Part shown: piece by piece, positions 1 to 57,859 of the stretch
Layout: each line of letters begins with the position of its first letter
How positions within the stretch are numbered: position 1 is the stretch's first letter
NCBI RefSeq assembly: GCF_018350175.1
Contig: NC_058369.1
Location: 18,230,001 to 18,290,000 of the forward strand
From: Felis catus
Lineage: Eukaryota
Reading direction: 5' to 3'
Length of the DNA stretch: 60,000 nucleotides
The notes under the pieces: generated by a model
What the model saw: only the letters and a program-made list of their open reading frames with translations
What the model was told of the DNA's origin: nothing
Database searches by the model: none
Program-made: the position numbers and the translations under genes

Positions 1-110
1 CCGACTCGCGCGGTGCCCTCCGGGACGCAGAGGGCGCTGTCAGCGCGCTGCGGAGAACTTCGCCACGACTCCGCTGACCTAGCGCCGGGTTCCCTGCACG
101 CGGGTCCGCC

Positions 111-187
111 ATGGTTACCTCGTTCGCTCTTCGCGGCCTGTGCCGAGCTCGAGCCGCCTTGCGCTGTGACCTCGCACAGCTGCTGTG
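111..187 (+). CDS. NDUFAF3: NDUFAF3 coding exon 1 (Arg-rich mitochondrial presequence-like)
   Basis: ATG at 111, donor GTGAGT at 188. Confidence 0.92.
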
Positions 188-1110
188 GTGAGTCCAGACC
201 CAGCGTCCCTGACTCTCTCGCCCCCCACGACCGGCGACTCCCCCCCCCCCCCCCAACGGCTCCCTAGAACCTGAGCATACCCCACCCGCAGGGTTCCAAG
301 GCGAGGGCATCGGCTCACGCCGGCGGACGATGAGCTGTATCAGCGGACGCGCATCTCTCTGCTGCAACGCGAGTCCCCGCAATCCATGTATATCGACAGC
401 TACAGCAGCCTCGGCTTCATGGTCAACGGAAATCGTGTGCTTGGGCCCTGCGCGTTGCTCCCGCACTCGGTCGTGCAGTGGAACGTGAGCAGTGAGGAAG
501 TAGAGGTCCAGAGCCCCAGGCCTGTCCCCTGATTCTGTCCCTGGCAAACTTGGCTTTTCCGTTACCCCTTTGTGGAGCAGGTAAGGGCTCTGTGGGGAAA
601 GCTGCGCGAACTTGTACTTAACTTGCCTCCTCCCAACCCAGGTAGGAACTCACCAGGACATCACTGAAGAAAGCTTCTCTCTCTTCTGGTTGCTGGAGCC
701 GCGAATAGGTACTGGAGAAGGGGAGGGCTGAGGTGCTTCCAGCCCCAGCAAACCACCCCGCCCCAGCCTCCCCACTGACCCGCCATAAGCTAATCATGGC
801 CATCTTTCCCTAGAGATCATTGTGGTGGGCACCGGAGACCGGACTGAACGACTGCAGCCCGGGGTGCTGCAAGCCATGAGGCAGCGGGGCATCGCGGTGG
901 AAGTGCAGGACACGGTAAGTCCTGCCACTTGGGAGTGCTGAGCAGGGCCCAGTCCTATCTCTAGCCAAGCTGATGCAGGCTTTCTCTTTGCAGCCCAATG
1001 CCTGTGCCACTTTCAACTTCCTGTGTCATGAAGGCCGAGTGACAGGAGCTGCCCTTATCCCTCCACCTGGAGGAACTGTGCTCACAACTTTGGCACAAGC
1101 TGCAGAATGA
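111..1110 (+). CDS. NDUFAF3: NADH:ubiquinone oxidoreductase complex assembly factor 3, complete spliced CDS (184 aa)
   Basis: Exons 111-187, 292-484, 642-708, 814-914, 994-1110 sum to 555 nt. All introns are GT-AG and the start has a strong Kozak context (GCCATGG). Translation MVTSFALRGL...RRGHRLTPADDELYQRTRISLL...GPCALLPHSVVQWNVG...EVQDTPNACATFNFLCHEGRVTGAALIPPPGG matches NDUFAF3. Confidence 0.97.
292..484 (+). CDS. NDUFAF3: NDUFAF3 coding exon 2
   Basis: CAG acceptor; VPRRGHRL...VVQWN; donor GTGAGC. Confidence 0.95.
642..708 (+). CDS. NDUFAF3: NDUFAF3 coding exon 3
   Basis: VGTHQDITEESFSLFWLLEPRI. Confidence 0.95.
814..914 (+). CDS. NDUFAF3: NDUFAF3 coding exon 4
   Basis: IIVVGTGDRTERL...EVQDT; donor GTAAGT. 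Confidence 0.95.
994..1110 (+). CDS. NDUFAF3: NDUFAF3 coding exon 5
   Basis: PNACATFNFLCHEGRV...AQAAE-TGA. Confidence 0.95.
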   Translation, partial: PNACATFNFLCHEGRVTGAALIPPPGGTVLTTLAQAAE

Positions 1111-1839
1111 ACCGCCAGGAACTGACCTACCCTGTCCAGGAGGGCCGCGGCACTTTTGCAGTGCACATGGGTTTCCAGCGCTTTCTCTAGTCCCTCCCCT
1201 TTGGCACTGTAACACTTGTCTTTCTTGCCAGCAAGTTAATAATTTAATCCACATCTTCCATTTTGTTCTAGTTTACTGCTGGTGAGGAGCTACTTGGCTC
1301 AGTGGGCTCTTGGTGGGGGTTGCAAAGAAACCAAGGGATCACCTTTTTATCTAGGCTGCTTACCTCCTCAGAGGCAGGAGGCAGCATAAGCACCTGTTTC
1401 AAACTGCAAATGTAACTACTTGCTTACATGCAGATTTGAGGGGACCTCAGTGCTTTCTCCACAAGGTCCCTTGGAGATTCAAGTTAGAGAATACATATGT
1501 GGCTCTCAACCTGGTCCCATGTGGCCAGGCACCCGTGAGTGCCAGTCCAAAGCCCCCATGGACTGTTCCATGACCTGTCCTAAGTAGCCGTAATGTGAGA
1601 CTGCACTCTTGTGAGTCAGAGCTGGCCAGACTCATCTTGTGAGCTGCCTCAGGAGGGACTTTTTGAATCAAGAACTAGTTCCTCCTTCCAGATCCAAGGA
1701 GTATCCTGACCTCAGTGTCTGAGGCTTTTCCCACAAATGAGGGTGTTGTGTTTGTGTGCATCTGTGATAGTGGCAGCTGCACAGCCACACCTGCTTGTTG
1801 ACCTCAAAGATCAGGCACCGTTTTTTTTTTTCTCAAACT

Positions 1840-1845
1840 TTTATT
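1840..1845 (-). terminator. IMPDH2 polyadenylation signal AATAAA
   Basis: TTTATT on + strand, about 30 nt after the IMPDH2 stop. Confidence 0.85.
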
Positions 1846-1876
1846 GAAAAACCAAGGGGGTATGCCGTATCCCTTT

Positions 1877-6832
<4,956 letters not shown>

Positions 6833-7199
6833 AGCCAGCACCAGGCAAAGCCGCGTGTGTCCGAAGACCGCGCCGCAGAGGCCTCAGCCGTCTGGGCCGC
6901 GCCAATATAAACCCGCCGATATCGTCATTGCGCCCTGCGCGTCACCGACGTCAGGACGCAGTGCGAGCAGGCGGAGCCTACGCGACTTCGGGGCGGGACT
7001 ACCGAAGGAGCGCATGCGCGCAACACGCACTAGGGCTTGTAGCCTTGCGATTGGGTGTTACCGTGTCTGCTCCCTCCCACAAGACCTTGACCCGTTCAAT
7101 TAGCAGGCAAGGCTTTGCTTCTACTGGCCCGCCAGGATCCTCCCAAATAAAGAGGCGATGTTCACTAGCATGTTGAAAAGACGTGCTTGTCATTCTTAA

Positions 7200-7929
7200 T
7201 AAACAACTAGATTAAGAATACATAAGAGAAACAGAGTGGTATCTTTATATGATACACAAGTGTATGTTACAAGAATTCCATCAGGCACAGGAGCCTCAGG
7301 TTTAAGGCCTCAATGCTAGGCCAAAAAAAAAAAAAAAAAAAAAAAAAAGAGGCATGGTAAAGTTTTTACTTTAACATCTAAAATGTCACTTGTCATAAAG
7401 GAGGGTGTAATAGAAATTGTCTTTAATAAATCATAATTGAAGTTCCCCTCATTTTCCTTCCATTAAGATGCTAAGTTTATGTCTGAGCATGAAGAAAGAA
7501 AAAGACGGTGGCTCCCCTGTGGTCAGCGACGTCTGCCAGTCAGAGTGGAAGCCAGCTGGGGAGATTCCCTGGAGGGTCCATCCATCACTAATTCCATCTT
7601 TCTAGAGTAAGGGAATGGGCCACATTTCTCCTAACAGTCCAAGCCCTTTTCCCAGGCCCCAGACAAAAAAAGAAAAAGCCAGCCAGCCACTTTCTAGGAC
7701 ATCTGGCTTTTCAGGAAACCCAGCACCCCCACGGGCTGAGGAATCTGCCGCAGATTTACGGAGACGCACAGGAGGCAAAGTTTCCTTTTACATTTTAAAC
7801 AGAAGCAGTCTGAAAGGCTTCATAACTACACCAATAAAAAAAAGAAAAAATGGAGGCCTCTTCTTTAGTGTGAAAGTCTGTCCATTTTTTTTTCCTGGAT
7901 CATCTCCCTTGCACCATGGCTTAGGCATC
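7200..7929 (-). other. QRICH1: QRICH1 3'UTR (3' end approximate)
   Basis: Repeat-free AU-rich stretch after the stop. It contains U26 (7323-7348), ATTAAA at 7422-7427 and TATAAA at 7244-7249 as candidate polyA signals. Confidence 0.6.
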
Positions 7930-48871
<40,942 letters not shown>

Positions 48872-49439
48872 TTAGGGTTCCTAGAAATAAAAATAAATGG
48901 TCAGAAGTCAAAATTATGCTATTGTTTTCGTATTTTGAAACGCACACAGCAATCAATCACTTTTGCATCAGAGTAGAATATTCAGGGCAGCTGTATACAG
49001 GAATCCAAAATACAGTAATTTATTATACCACCTTATTATTTTTTTTAAGTTACCCATGTTTAAAAATTGCTTCTATAAACATTTCTTAAACTATCACACT
49101 GAAAACAAAAAACAAAGGCATGCGTCACAGTACTGGATGAAACAGGCTGAAAACACACTCTCCACCCAGCACTAGGCCAATGCCATCTTCTCTGCAGAGC
49201 CAAGCACTGGACAATAAAAGTCACATGCAAAACTATTGTGATCATCACAGAGAGGACGACCAAGGAAGCCAGGAGCAGGGATTCCTAGTGACATGTTCAA
49301 TTTCCACCGCCAACTATGTCCTATAGTAAAAACATGTATGCCACTTAGCTACAGCAAGACCTGAGAAAAAGGGGATATATACTTCATCTCCCACCAGAAA
49401 CACCAAAAATCCCAGTTTGCCATATATTGCTCACATTGT

Positions 49440-49680
49440 TTTGTAGCATAGCTTACTTGTCAGAAGCATGGATTTTGGAGCTAGCTTGCCTGGGTTCAAA
49501 TCTCAGCTCAATCTCTCTTTAGCTTTGAAACACTAGAGTTAGTTAACCTTGGTTTTGTGTATAAAATGGGGATAAATAAAATAGTATTTACCTTACAGAG
49601 TTGACATGAAGATTAAATATAAAACTCTGAGAAAAGTACCTGACACAGACAGTACTATATAAGTGCTAACTAATATTAAA
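49440..49680 (+). mobile_element. MIR fragment
   Basis: CTGGGTTCAAATCTCAGCTC...TATAAAATGGGGATAA...CTTACAGAGTTG..ATGAAGATTAAAT; similar copies near 17560-17740, 22990-23200, 39410-39610 and 47570-47750. Confidence 0.65.
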
Positions 49681-50291
49681 ATTAGTGGGTAAAATTGAAT
49701 AGTGCTTTAAATAACTAGGTCACTCCTAAAACTCAGAAATCAATTCTGCAAATTTTTCATCAGGGTATTTACTCTAAGAATTAATCTGCAGGGGTGAATA
49801 GTAATTCTCAACTACCTGGGGGACAACCATGCAATCTATCTACGGACTATTAGTTGCCTGCCACTGCTGATTTCATATTATTCCCTCCCCTCTGGATCAG
49901 AACCACCTCCAGAACAAAAGCAGCAGCAGGATATGAGTGTCACACAAACCAAGTGAACGTTTTTGCCAGAAAGGACTCTTATCAATCGCAAATGGAAAAG
50001 TTATTTGTTTCCCTGAACCATCAAAGAAAGGCTAGAAGACTAGAAAGGCATCAACACTAGAAATATCAGTCTCTCTTTCACTGCCCAGATGTTCTGCCTT
50101 ATGTTACAGATATAAGGCATATGGGTAATCATCTTATCTCTTCCACCTGGCTCTAAACTCCTGGCACACAAGACTGTGTCCTGATCCTCTCAGATGGCTG
50201 ACACATGGTAGGTGCTTCATATGTATATGTACGTGTATATGTATATGTTACATTTGCAATTCAATGTAGAACAAGAAGGATTATGGCTCTT

Positions 50292-50375
50292 TGTTCCTGT
50301 AACATCTATAACTTACAATTATAAATGTTAAGCTGTTCCTGTAACATCTGTAAGTTACAATTATAAACGTTAAGC
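50292..50375 (+). repeat. 42-bp tandem duplication (3 mismatches)
   Basis: TGTTCCTGTAACATCT(A/G)TAA(C/G)TTACAATTATAAA(T/C)GTTAAGC twice. Confidence 0.92.
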
Positions 50376-52074
50376 CTTCTCCTGGTAAATGGTCAGTATA
50401 CACCCTGGGAAAACGGCCTATATATCCAAGACAAGCGTGAGACCAGAGAAAACATATGATCCTTACTGCTATTAAGTTACTAACACTGGCAACATTTCTG
50501 TGGGACACTCTAAGTATAGTATACAAGTTATATTTGGGTGCTTTCCCTACATAGTTGACACAACAGTAAATCTTTCATAACGATGCATATAATACATTGC
50601 AAATATATTTCTCCATAAATAAAGAAGAGCACATATACCTTATCCTGCCTAAAATCAAACCTTAACCCACTACTCTGAGGAGAGCCTCTCCATCTCAGGA
50701 CACCCCAAATGCAATAGAGTGCAAAGAAAAGCAAGCACAGGCCAGGTGACTGCAAAGTTAAAATCTTTGTTGAAGACCTCTAATCTCCTGAAATACAACT
50801 CGTTTGTCCCTTTCCCACTTCTCTTCTTGACCACTTGCCTTGCTCAGTTCTCCCTTCTTTCTCTCTGCTGCAGGGGAGTTGAAAATTAGGAGGTCTGCTG
50901 TAAGACTTCAAAATTAAGCTCTCAACAATGGCCATGATACAAGTGAATAAGAATATCACCAAGGCCAAACACCCCATCCTTCTGTTACCTATTCAGAGCA
51001 GGCCATTCCAGTGTAGGTGACCCACAATCACTCACCACACTGGCACAGAATGTGTCAAATCTCCCTTCTGATAAGAGCATCATGACTAGAATTTCCTTCT
51101 GAAGAAGGCATCTCTCATAATATAGACCCAATAACATCACAAAATTCACATGTGACTCTAAATACCTCATCACATCTACCCTTCTGCTCAAAAAGGGACA
51201 AAGAAGAGCTATATAAATAGCAATTAACTGATTCTGTACCATGCTGGTACATATTTCAATTTTCTACCTCCATTACAGAAGAATGGCAGAGGTCAATTGA
51301 AATTTACACTTCCCCAAATTTATTTTCAACAATTACATTCCCATAAAATACTGACACCGAATTCTGAAGACTGTCTGCACTGGAATCATCGCTACTGTGT
51401 CAAAGCAATTTTTTTAAAAAAATATGGGTAACCATGGGGCAAAACATTTTTTTGTCTCAAATCTGGGAGATAAGAAATACACACAATTTTAAGAACCAAA
51501 AAAATTGCAAAATAAGTTAATAGAATCAGAAAACCTTCACACAAATATTGCTTGGTAAAGGCAGTCCCTAGAAACTTCCTAGTGACTTATTTTCCTTCAC
51601 TCTTTCAAGTTTCACTAATGAGGATGCTTAAGCTTTATCTGAAGTCTAATATTAAATATAAAGGAGGACTACACTAACTCTTTTCCTAGAAACAAATTTT
51701 CTTCGGTTTCCAGGGTAGAATTACAACTAGTTTTTTAATTTTTGTTTCTTTGGGGGGGTGGGGGGCAGTAAAAGTAACACATCCATTTTCTAAGGAAAAA
51801 ATATTCAAACAGTATAGGAAAAAAAAACAAAAACAAAACACCTAAGTATGCTTTGTTGATCTACCAATTTGAAACACTGACCTGTCCTTCAGGAAAGGTA
51901 AGTTTAGGGCTTTTAAATCACCCTCCTCTCACCAACCCCTGCCAATCTCATTGTTATTTTTGCCAATGTTCACTTTCATACCTTTAAACCTTTATTTATA
52001 TGTAGACTTACTAATTTTAGAGTATCTCTAGACCTCCCACTAAGATTAAGAAATTAAAGTGCCATGTCCTCTAT

Positions 52075-53132
52075 TTTTTAATTAAAGAAAATTTTATTTG
52101 AGAAAGCAAGCACGAGCGGGAGAGAGGGGCAAGGGAGAGAGACTCCAAAGCAGGCTTCATGCTCAGCCAGACCCGGGGCTTGATTCCATAACCCTGGGAT
52201 CATAACCTGAGCCAAAGTCAAGAGTCAAATGCTCAACAGACTGAGCCACCCAGGCGCCCCCATACCACATCCTCTATTTTCGACAAACATTTAGCAAAGT
52301 TGAATACAGCTTGTAATTAATCAATCTTTTAGAACACAGCATTTCATACCAAATTAAACTCAGGACATATTTGTTTAAAAAATCCAGGTTCCAAAGATGA
52401 TAAAACCATTCTCCTCCAAACAAATCCCGTATTTCCAGAATACTACCTTAAAAAAAAGTCACTATAACAAAATCTAATCTAGCTATAAATTTATTCCAGT
52501 AACGACAAGTAAGATAGATGAATAGATGAATAGTCAGCTCCCAGAAATGGAATAAAAGCTTGGAAATGTATCTTCTATAAAGCCTCAAAGTTCATTCTTT
52601 AAGCTTTCACTAAACACACACACACACACAGAACACCAACAGCCTGAAGTAGGTAAAATTCTATAAAACTTAGAAACTGTTGATAAAAGCTCATTAACAG
52701 GTATTCATTCTATTCTGTATCCTTGTGAAAATATTTGAAATAATTTATGATAAAAACACCTTCTGTATTTTAAGCAGTTCAAACTACAAAGTATAACACA
52801 CTCTGCAGCGTTCCAAGCTTAGAGCCTGTCAGTGGAGCTTCAAGCAGAAGCAGCCATTGCTTCCCAATTCCCATTGCTTTTTTCTTTCACTAAGCCCCTA
52901 GAAGGTTCTTCACCAACTCTGTACAAATCCACATAATCACTTGAGAGCCACTGAAATCAGAGGTAGCTAAAAAATATTAACCAATAACGGATTCAATGGA
53001 GAACTTAAAAAAAAATTTTTTAAGATTTTATTTTCAGTAATCTCTACACCCAATGCGGGGCTTGAACTCAACAAACAACCCAGAGATCAAGAGTTGCACG
53101 ATTTACTGACTTGAGCCATCCAGGAAAACCCT
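52075..53132 (-). mobile_element. CAN-SINEs (52075-52260, 53010-53132)
   Basis: Typical SINE motifs. Confidence 0.78.
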
Positions 53133-53396
53133 GGAGAACTTAAAAATTTAATAGAAAAGGTCAATTTGGAAGAACATTCCAAACTGCCCATTCATACAGA
53201 CTACAACACACATGGCTTCATTTCTTGTCCTTTTAACCTGCTCACTTGGCACTATCCACCAGACTGACACACCCCAATAATGAAAGTACACTTAGTCAGC
53301 ATTAGACCAGACACAAAAGTGATGCTTACAAGGCGCGGTGGAGGGAAAGCTTCAGAAATATATTTAAATATTTTAGGTTAATCAGTGAGTTAAAAA

Positions 53397-53427
<31 letters not shown>

Positions 53428-55329
53428 AATTAAACACAATTTCAATAGTGGTGATGGTTTCTTCTTTTTTTTATGCTCCAAAAAAGTCCTCCCTACCATT
53501 AAAATCAGGTCATTATTCACCTACAATTTTTTAATTTCCAGTGTAATTTTTTAATAAAATGCTTTGATCCATTTAAAATTTATTTTGTATAGGTAAAAGT
53601 CAACTATATTTTTTCCAAAAACAACTTGTCCCTCCTGTATCATTTATTGAATTATTGAAATTCCTTTGCCCACTGACTTGCTATGCCACTGTTATTATAT
53701 ACCAAATTTCATATAAAGTCTCCTAAGGATTTAGTGTAATTCTACAGATCTTTCTTTAACATGGTAGCTTAAAAAAAAAAAAAAAAAAAAAGGATGTTAA
53801 TACCTGGAAGATTCCTTGCCCCCTGAACATAACGTTTGCTTGTTTAAATTTAACAACACAGAAGCACATTATGTGTGAAAAAGGAACCAACACAATTTTA
53901 TTTACATATACCAGAATTATTTACCCATATGAGAGAAAAAAAAAACAAAAAAACTGCATCTAAATGCTAACAGTAGTTATGCCTTGGTGGTAGAATCAGA
54001 GGACTTAAATTTCTTCCTGTTGAATACTCTCCTGTATTTTCCACAATTTATATTAAACCAAAAGAAAATTAAAAAAATATACTTTTACACAGTGATTTAC
54101 CACAATAACAGTAACACACACAACAATTCTGGCTGATCATGGCGTGCTTTTCCCCTCAAAATCTGAAACTCTCAAAAAACAAAATCATCAAGCACCATAA
54201 GTTTGCATAATAATGAAAACTGTTAACTTCTTCAAGATGCTGCTCACAAGAAACACAAGGGTGAGCCTTGGTAATACAGAAATGGATAAACTTAATGAAA
54301 CTCCTTTCAAAGAAGCAAGATTCTTAATTAGCTCCAAGTCAAAGGCTTGGTGGGAGCAGTAAATAAACAGAATAATTAAAATACTTCAGAAAAACACGAA
54401 GCTGGAGGGAGAGTTGAGTACTCCCAATTTCTGGGCATTAGAAAAGGGAAGAGAGGAAAACACTTGGGACCTCATTGGTGTAGGGGAGTCTGTAAACAAG
54501 CATTTGCTTCTGAATACTTTTAAGAATAGCTGCTTTGCAAAACAATATGCAAATCCCATACCAACAGGCCTAGGAAATTTTCACTTGTATGCACCCATTA
54601 ATCACTAGTAGTTCCCCTACACCACCTTCTAGTAGGAGCTTAGTACAGTGCCTGACACAGATTTAGGCCCTCAATGTATCAAAGTGATCATTACTTTTAT
54701 TATTTTATCACTAGAACACAAGAAGATATGATGAACAAAGGTTATTCCAAAGCAACAATCTATTACATTTTCATAAGTCTCTTCGCGAATTTTTTTCAAT
54801 TTATGTTCTAAGGGAAGGCCTAAGTACTCACCAGAATCATCCTTTCTTGGGTCTCCTCAAATTTCTGATACCTCTTCCCAGCTCCCCATGCAGCTCCACA
54901 AAGTGGGTCTTGAATATGAGACGGACTAAGAGAAGAAACTCTGAGCTGCCTCAGAGCCCTGCCTCTTCCTGTTTACCCAGTCAGGTTCTCGGGCCCCTCT
55001 TATGGTTCGTTCGCATCTACTCTAGCAATAGCTCCTCATAGCTTTTTAAATCTGGTTTGAAGAACACATTCACATTAAAAAAGAAATCAATTTCTACTTT
55101 AAGGAATTACAGTCACATTTGTTCCAATTAACATAAAGAGTCATTTCAAAGAAGCAAGTTGGGAGATACACCTCTATTCTTAAAGATACTAACCCAATAC
55201 AGGGTTTGTGATAGCTATTATCTCATTGGGCCATTCACCTGTTCCATACTTTTATCAGAGGAGACCCTGATTTAGGGGCATTTTTGCCATGGTTCTATTT
55301 TTGGACAACACACTTTCAACCAGAAACAT

Positions 55330-55920
55330 AAATTTACATTCCCACCAAAGATCAATGGGCTGTAAACTGGCACAACCATTTGCATTAACTAATAAAGCTG
55401 ACAATATCCTTTCCACATAACTCAGCAATCTACCCCTAGGTATATGATACACACATATACAAAGGTACTTGTATACAAGAATGTTCATTGTTTATAACAG
55501 TTGCAAACTGGAAGGAATCTAGATGTCTACCAATAGTAGAATCGATAAATAAATTATGGTATAGTCACACAGCTGAATACTATAAAGAAACAGGAATAAA
55601 CGAACTACAGCTGCACACAACATGGATGAATTTCACAATGCTAGAAGGAAACCATAAAATACAGCATGATTCCACTTACAAAAATTCAAAAGCAAATAAA
55701 ACTACATTGAGGGCTATGAAGGTGGTAAATAAAAAGAAAAATAAAGAATGTGATTATCACAGAAGTCAGAATTGTAATTATCTCTAGTGGTTGAGAAGCT
55801 ATGACCAGGAAGGGACTCATGAAGGGTGCAGGGGGCTGGCACTGTTCTATTTCTTGAAGAGGTGATAGTTACACAGTGGTTCACCTTATAACTTTTCATT
55901 AAATTTTATACAGATCATCT
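55330..55920 (+). mobile_element. Ancient L1 (L1ME-like) 3' fragment
   Basis: MFITVANWKESRCL...INKLWYSHTAEYY...TTWMN remnant. Confidence 0.65.
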
Positions 55921-57859
55921 GAATTTACTGATAGATATTTCAAAAAGCAAAAAAAGCTTTCTGATACAGCCTACAAGCTCTACCTACAATTTTGCTCTAG
56001 CCTCAAGTGTGACATCAAAGGTTCATTCTTTTCCCCTTTTCAGCAAAGCAAGAAGTTAATCTATCATTTCTTCATGCAGCCACAACCAGAAATCACAATC
56101 CAGTGTGACAAATGAAGCATTTAAGCAAAGCCTGGAGAAGACTTAAAACATCTGTAACAAAATCAGGGCAACTAAGTACAAAGTAACACAAAAGAACAGG
56201 TGTTTGTGTAACATCTCATTCTAAGCTTGAGAAATAAAAGACCTCTGCCAATAAAGGGTCGCCATTTAAAAAGTAGACAAGCAAGCATGGCACACGGAGG
56301 ACAAAACACAATTGATTAAATTAAAACCATGCAAGCTTGAGGGAAGAGATCCTTGATTCTGAAGCTGTCATGATAGACACCTAGAGCCCCTGACATTTGG
56401 TTACCTTTTTGGAGCAATTCAAATCCACAAAAAACATGAACCATTATTTGATCTTTTCTGTGAAATCGCAACATAAAATTGGAAAGGGGAGGTGGAAAGG
56501 CAAAAGGTTCCTGAGAGGTACACAAACTATTCATCACAGAAGGCTGGAAGTAGGACATCTCCTAATAGGCAAATTGAAGTTAATGAGCTTACAAAAAAAT
56601 ATTATCTACAAATACCAACTTAAAAGACAGATCTCAAATTTAATAGTTAAAAACAAAGATGTTCCGGAACAAGCAGGCCTAAAAGGTATATTTAAATTTT
56701 AAGTGCATCTTAAACTTCACTGCTTTTATTTCAATCATTTAAGTTCCTTAGAAAAGCTGGTGTGTCCTCATGCTAAAACCTGAAAGTTGCACTGGCTTAC
56801 ACTTCAAGAGAAGAAAACTGTTCAAGCAGTAAACTGTTACTGGATTCAAAGATGCAGTTCTCCCCCATCTTCAATTTTCCAGCACTTAGCAGTTTCTGTC
56901 AGACAGCACCCAGAATGATTGGCAGGACTTGTAATGTTTCAATATTACTAGGAAAAAGACTGCACACATATTTTCAGCATATGAATGATTTTAACTCACC
57001 AGTCACCATGTTGCATGTATTTCTGCTGCTTGTCCTGAGTTCTTAAGACTTGTAACATTCTGAAGAAGATAGAACAAAGAAGTTCTTTCCATCCTCAGCC
57101 TCTTTTTAAATTTTAACTTTGTTCTTAAAATACAGTATATTAAAAAGAACTACCCCCATCATTATCAGATTTCCTAATTTTACTTGCCCTTAGCTCCGTT
57201 TTCCTTAAACTTCATTAGGCAAGACTGTAAAACTGATGTCTTGTTTTAGAAAAAAGAAGTGCATTTTTCTCTAGAACAAACCTAGAACTCCCCTAGCACT
57301 GGAACTAAAACAAAACAAAAAGCTGAAAAGGATTGAAATTCTACATCAAAAGTGACTTTTGTAGTAATACATGAACAGATTTTAGAAATTTCTGTTGGGG
57401 AACTGTGTAATAACAAAAGAAGGCAAAGCAGATTCTCAGGTCGTTCCAATTTTGTCCTGGGCAACTTTTTGGCTGCGCGAATGCGGGGCCCTCCCTTAGT
57501 CTAACAGAGTACAAGTAAGCCCCTCCCACCTACACAGAAGAAAAGGTTGCATTTAAGGATTTAAAGTGGCATTTAGAGCTCGGGTAGTTTCACGTCCACA
57601 GAAGAGGATCCCCTTCCGGAGCGCACAGAGGTGACGTGTAGGAATTGCGCTTATGGAAGAATTACTTTCCAATGACAAGAAAGCAAGCACCGCCGAAAGG
57701 CCTTAAAGGATTAACCTTCCCTCTCCTGCACAAAGCACCAGAACAAGGTGAGGTAACTCGAAGGGGCTCGCTGCCCTCACAAACCTACAGGGCTCTGTTT
57801 CAGAAACAGGGCAGCACCTTTCCCGCACATTGGCCTCAAGTCACTGCATTCTTCCAGAA

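Larger units (their letters stand above)
1..490. promoter_or_regulatory. CpG island at the NDUFAF3 5' end
   Basis: High GC and dense CpG over the 5'UTR and exons 1-2. Confidence 0.75.

Noticed and set aside
1..110. MIR191/MIR425 and DALRD3, expected by synteny upstream of NDUFAF3
   Set aside because: No matching hairpin or coding sequence was seen; they would lie outside the window.
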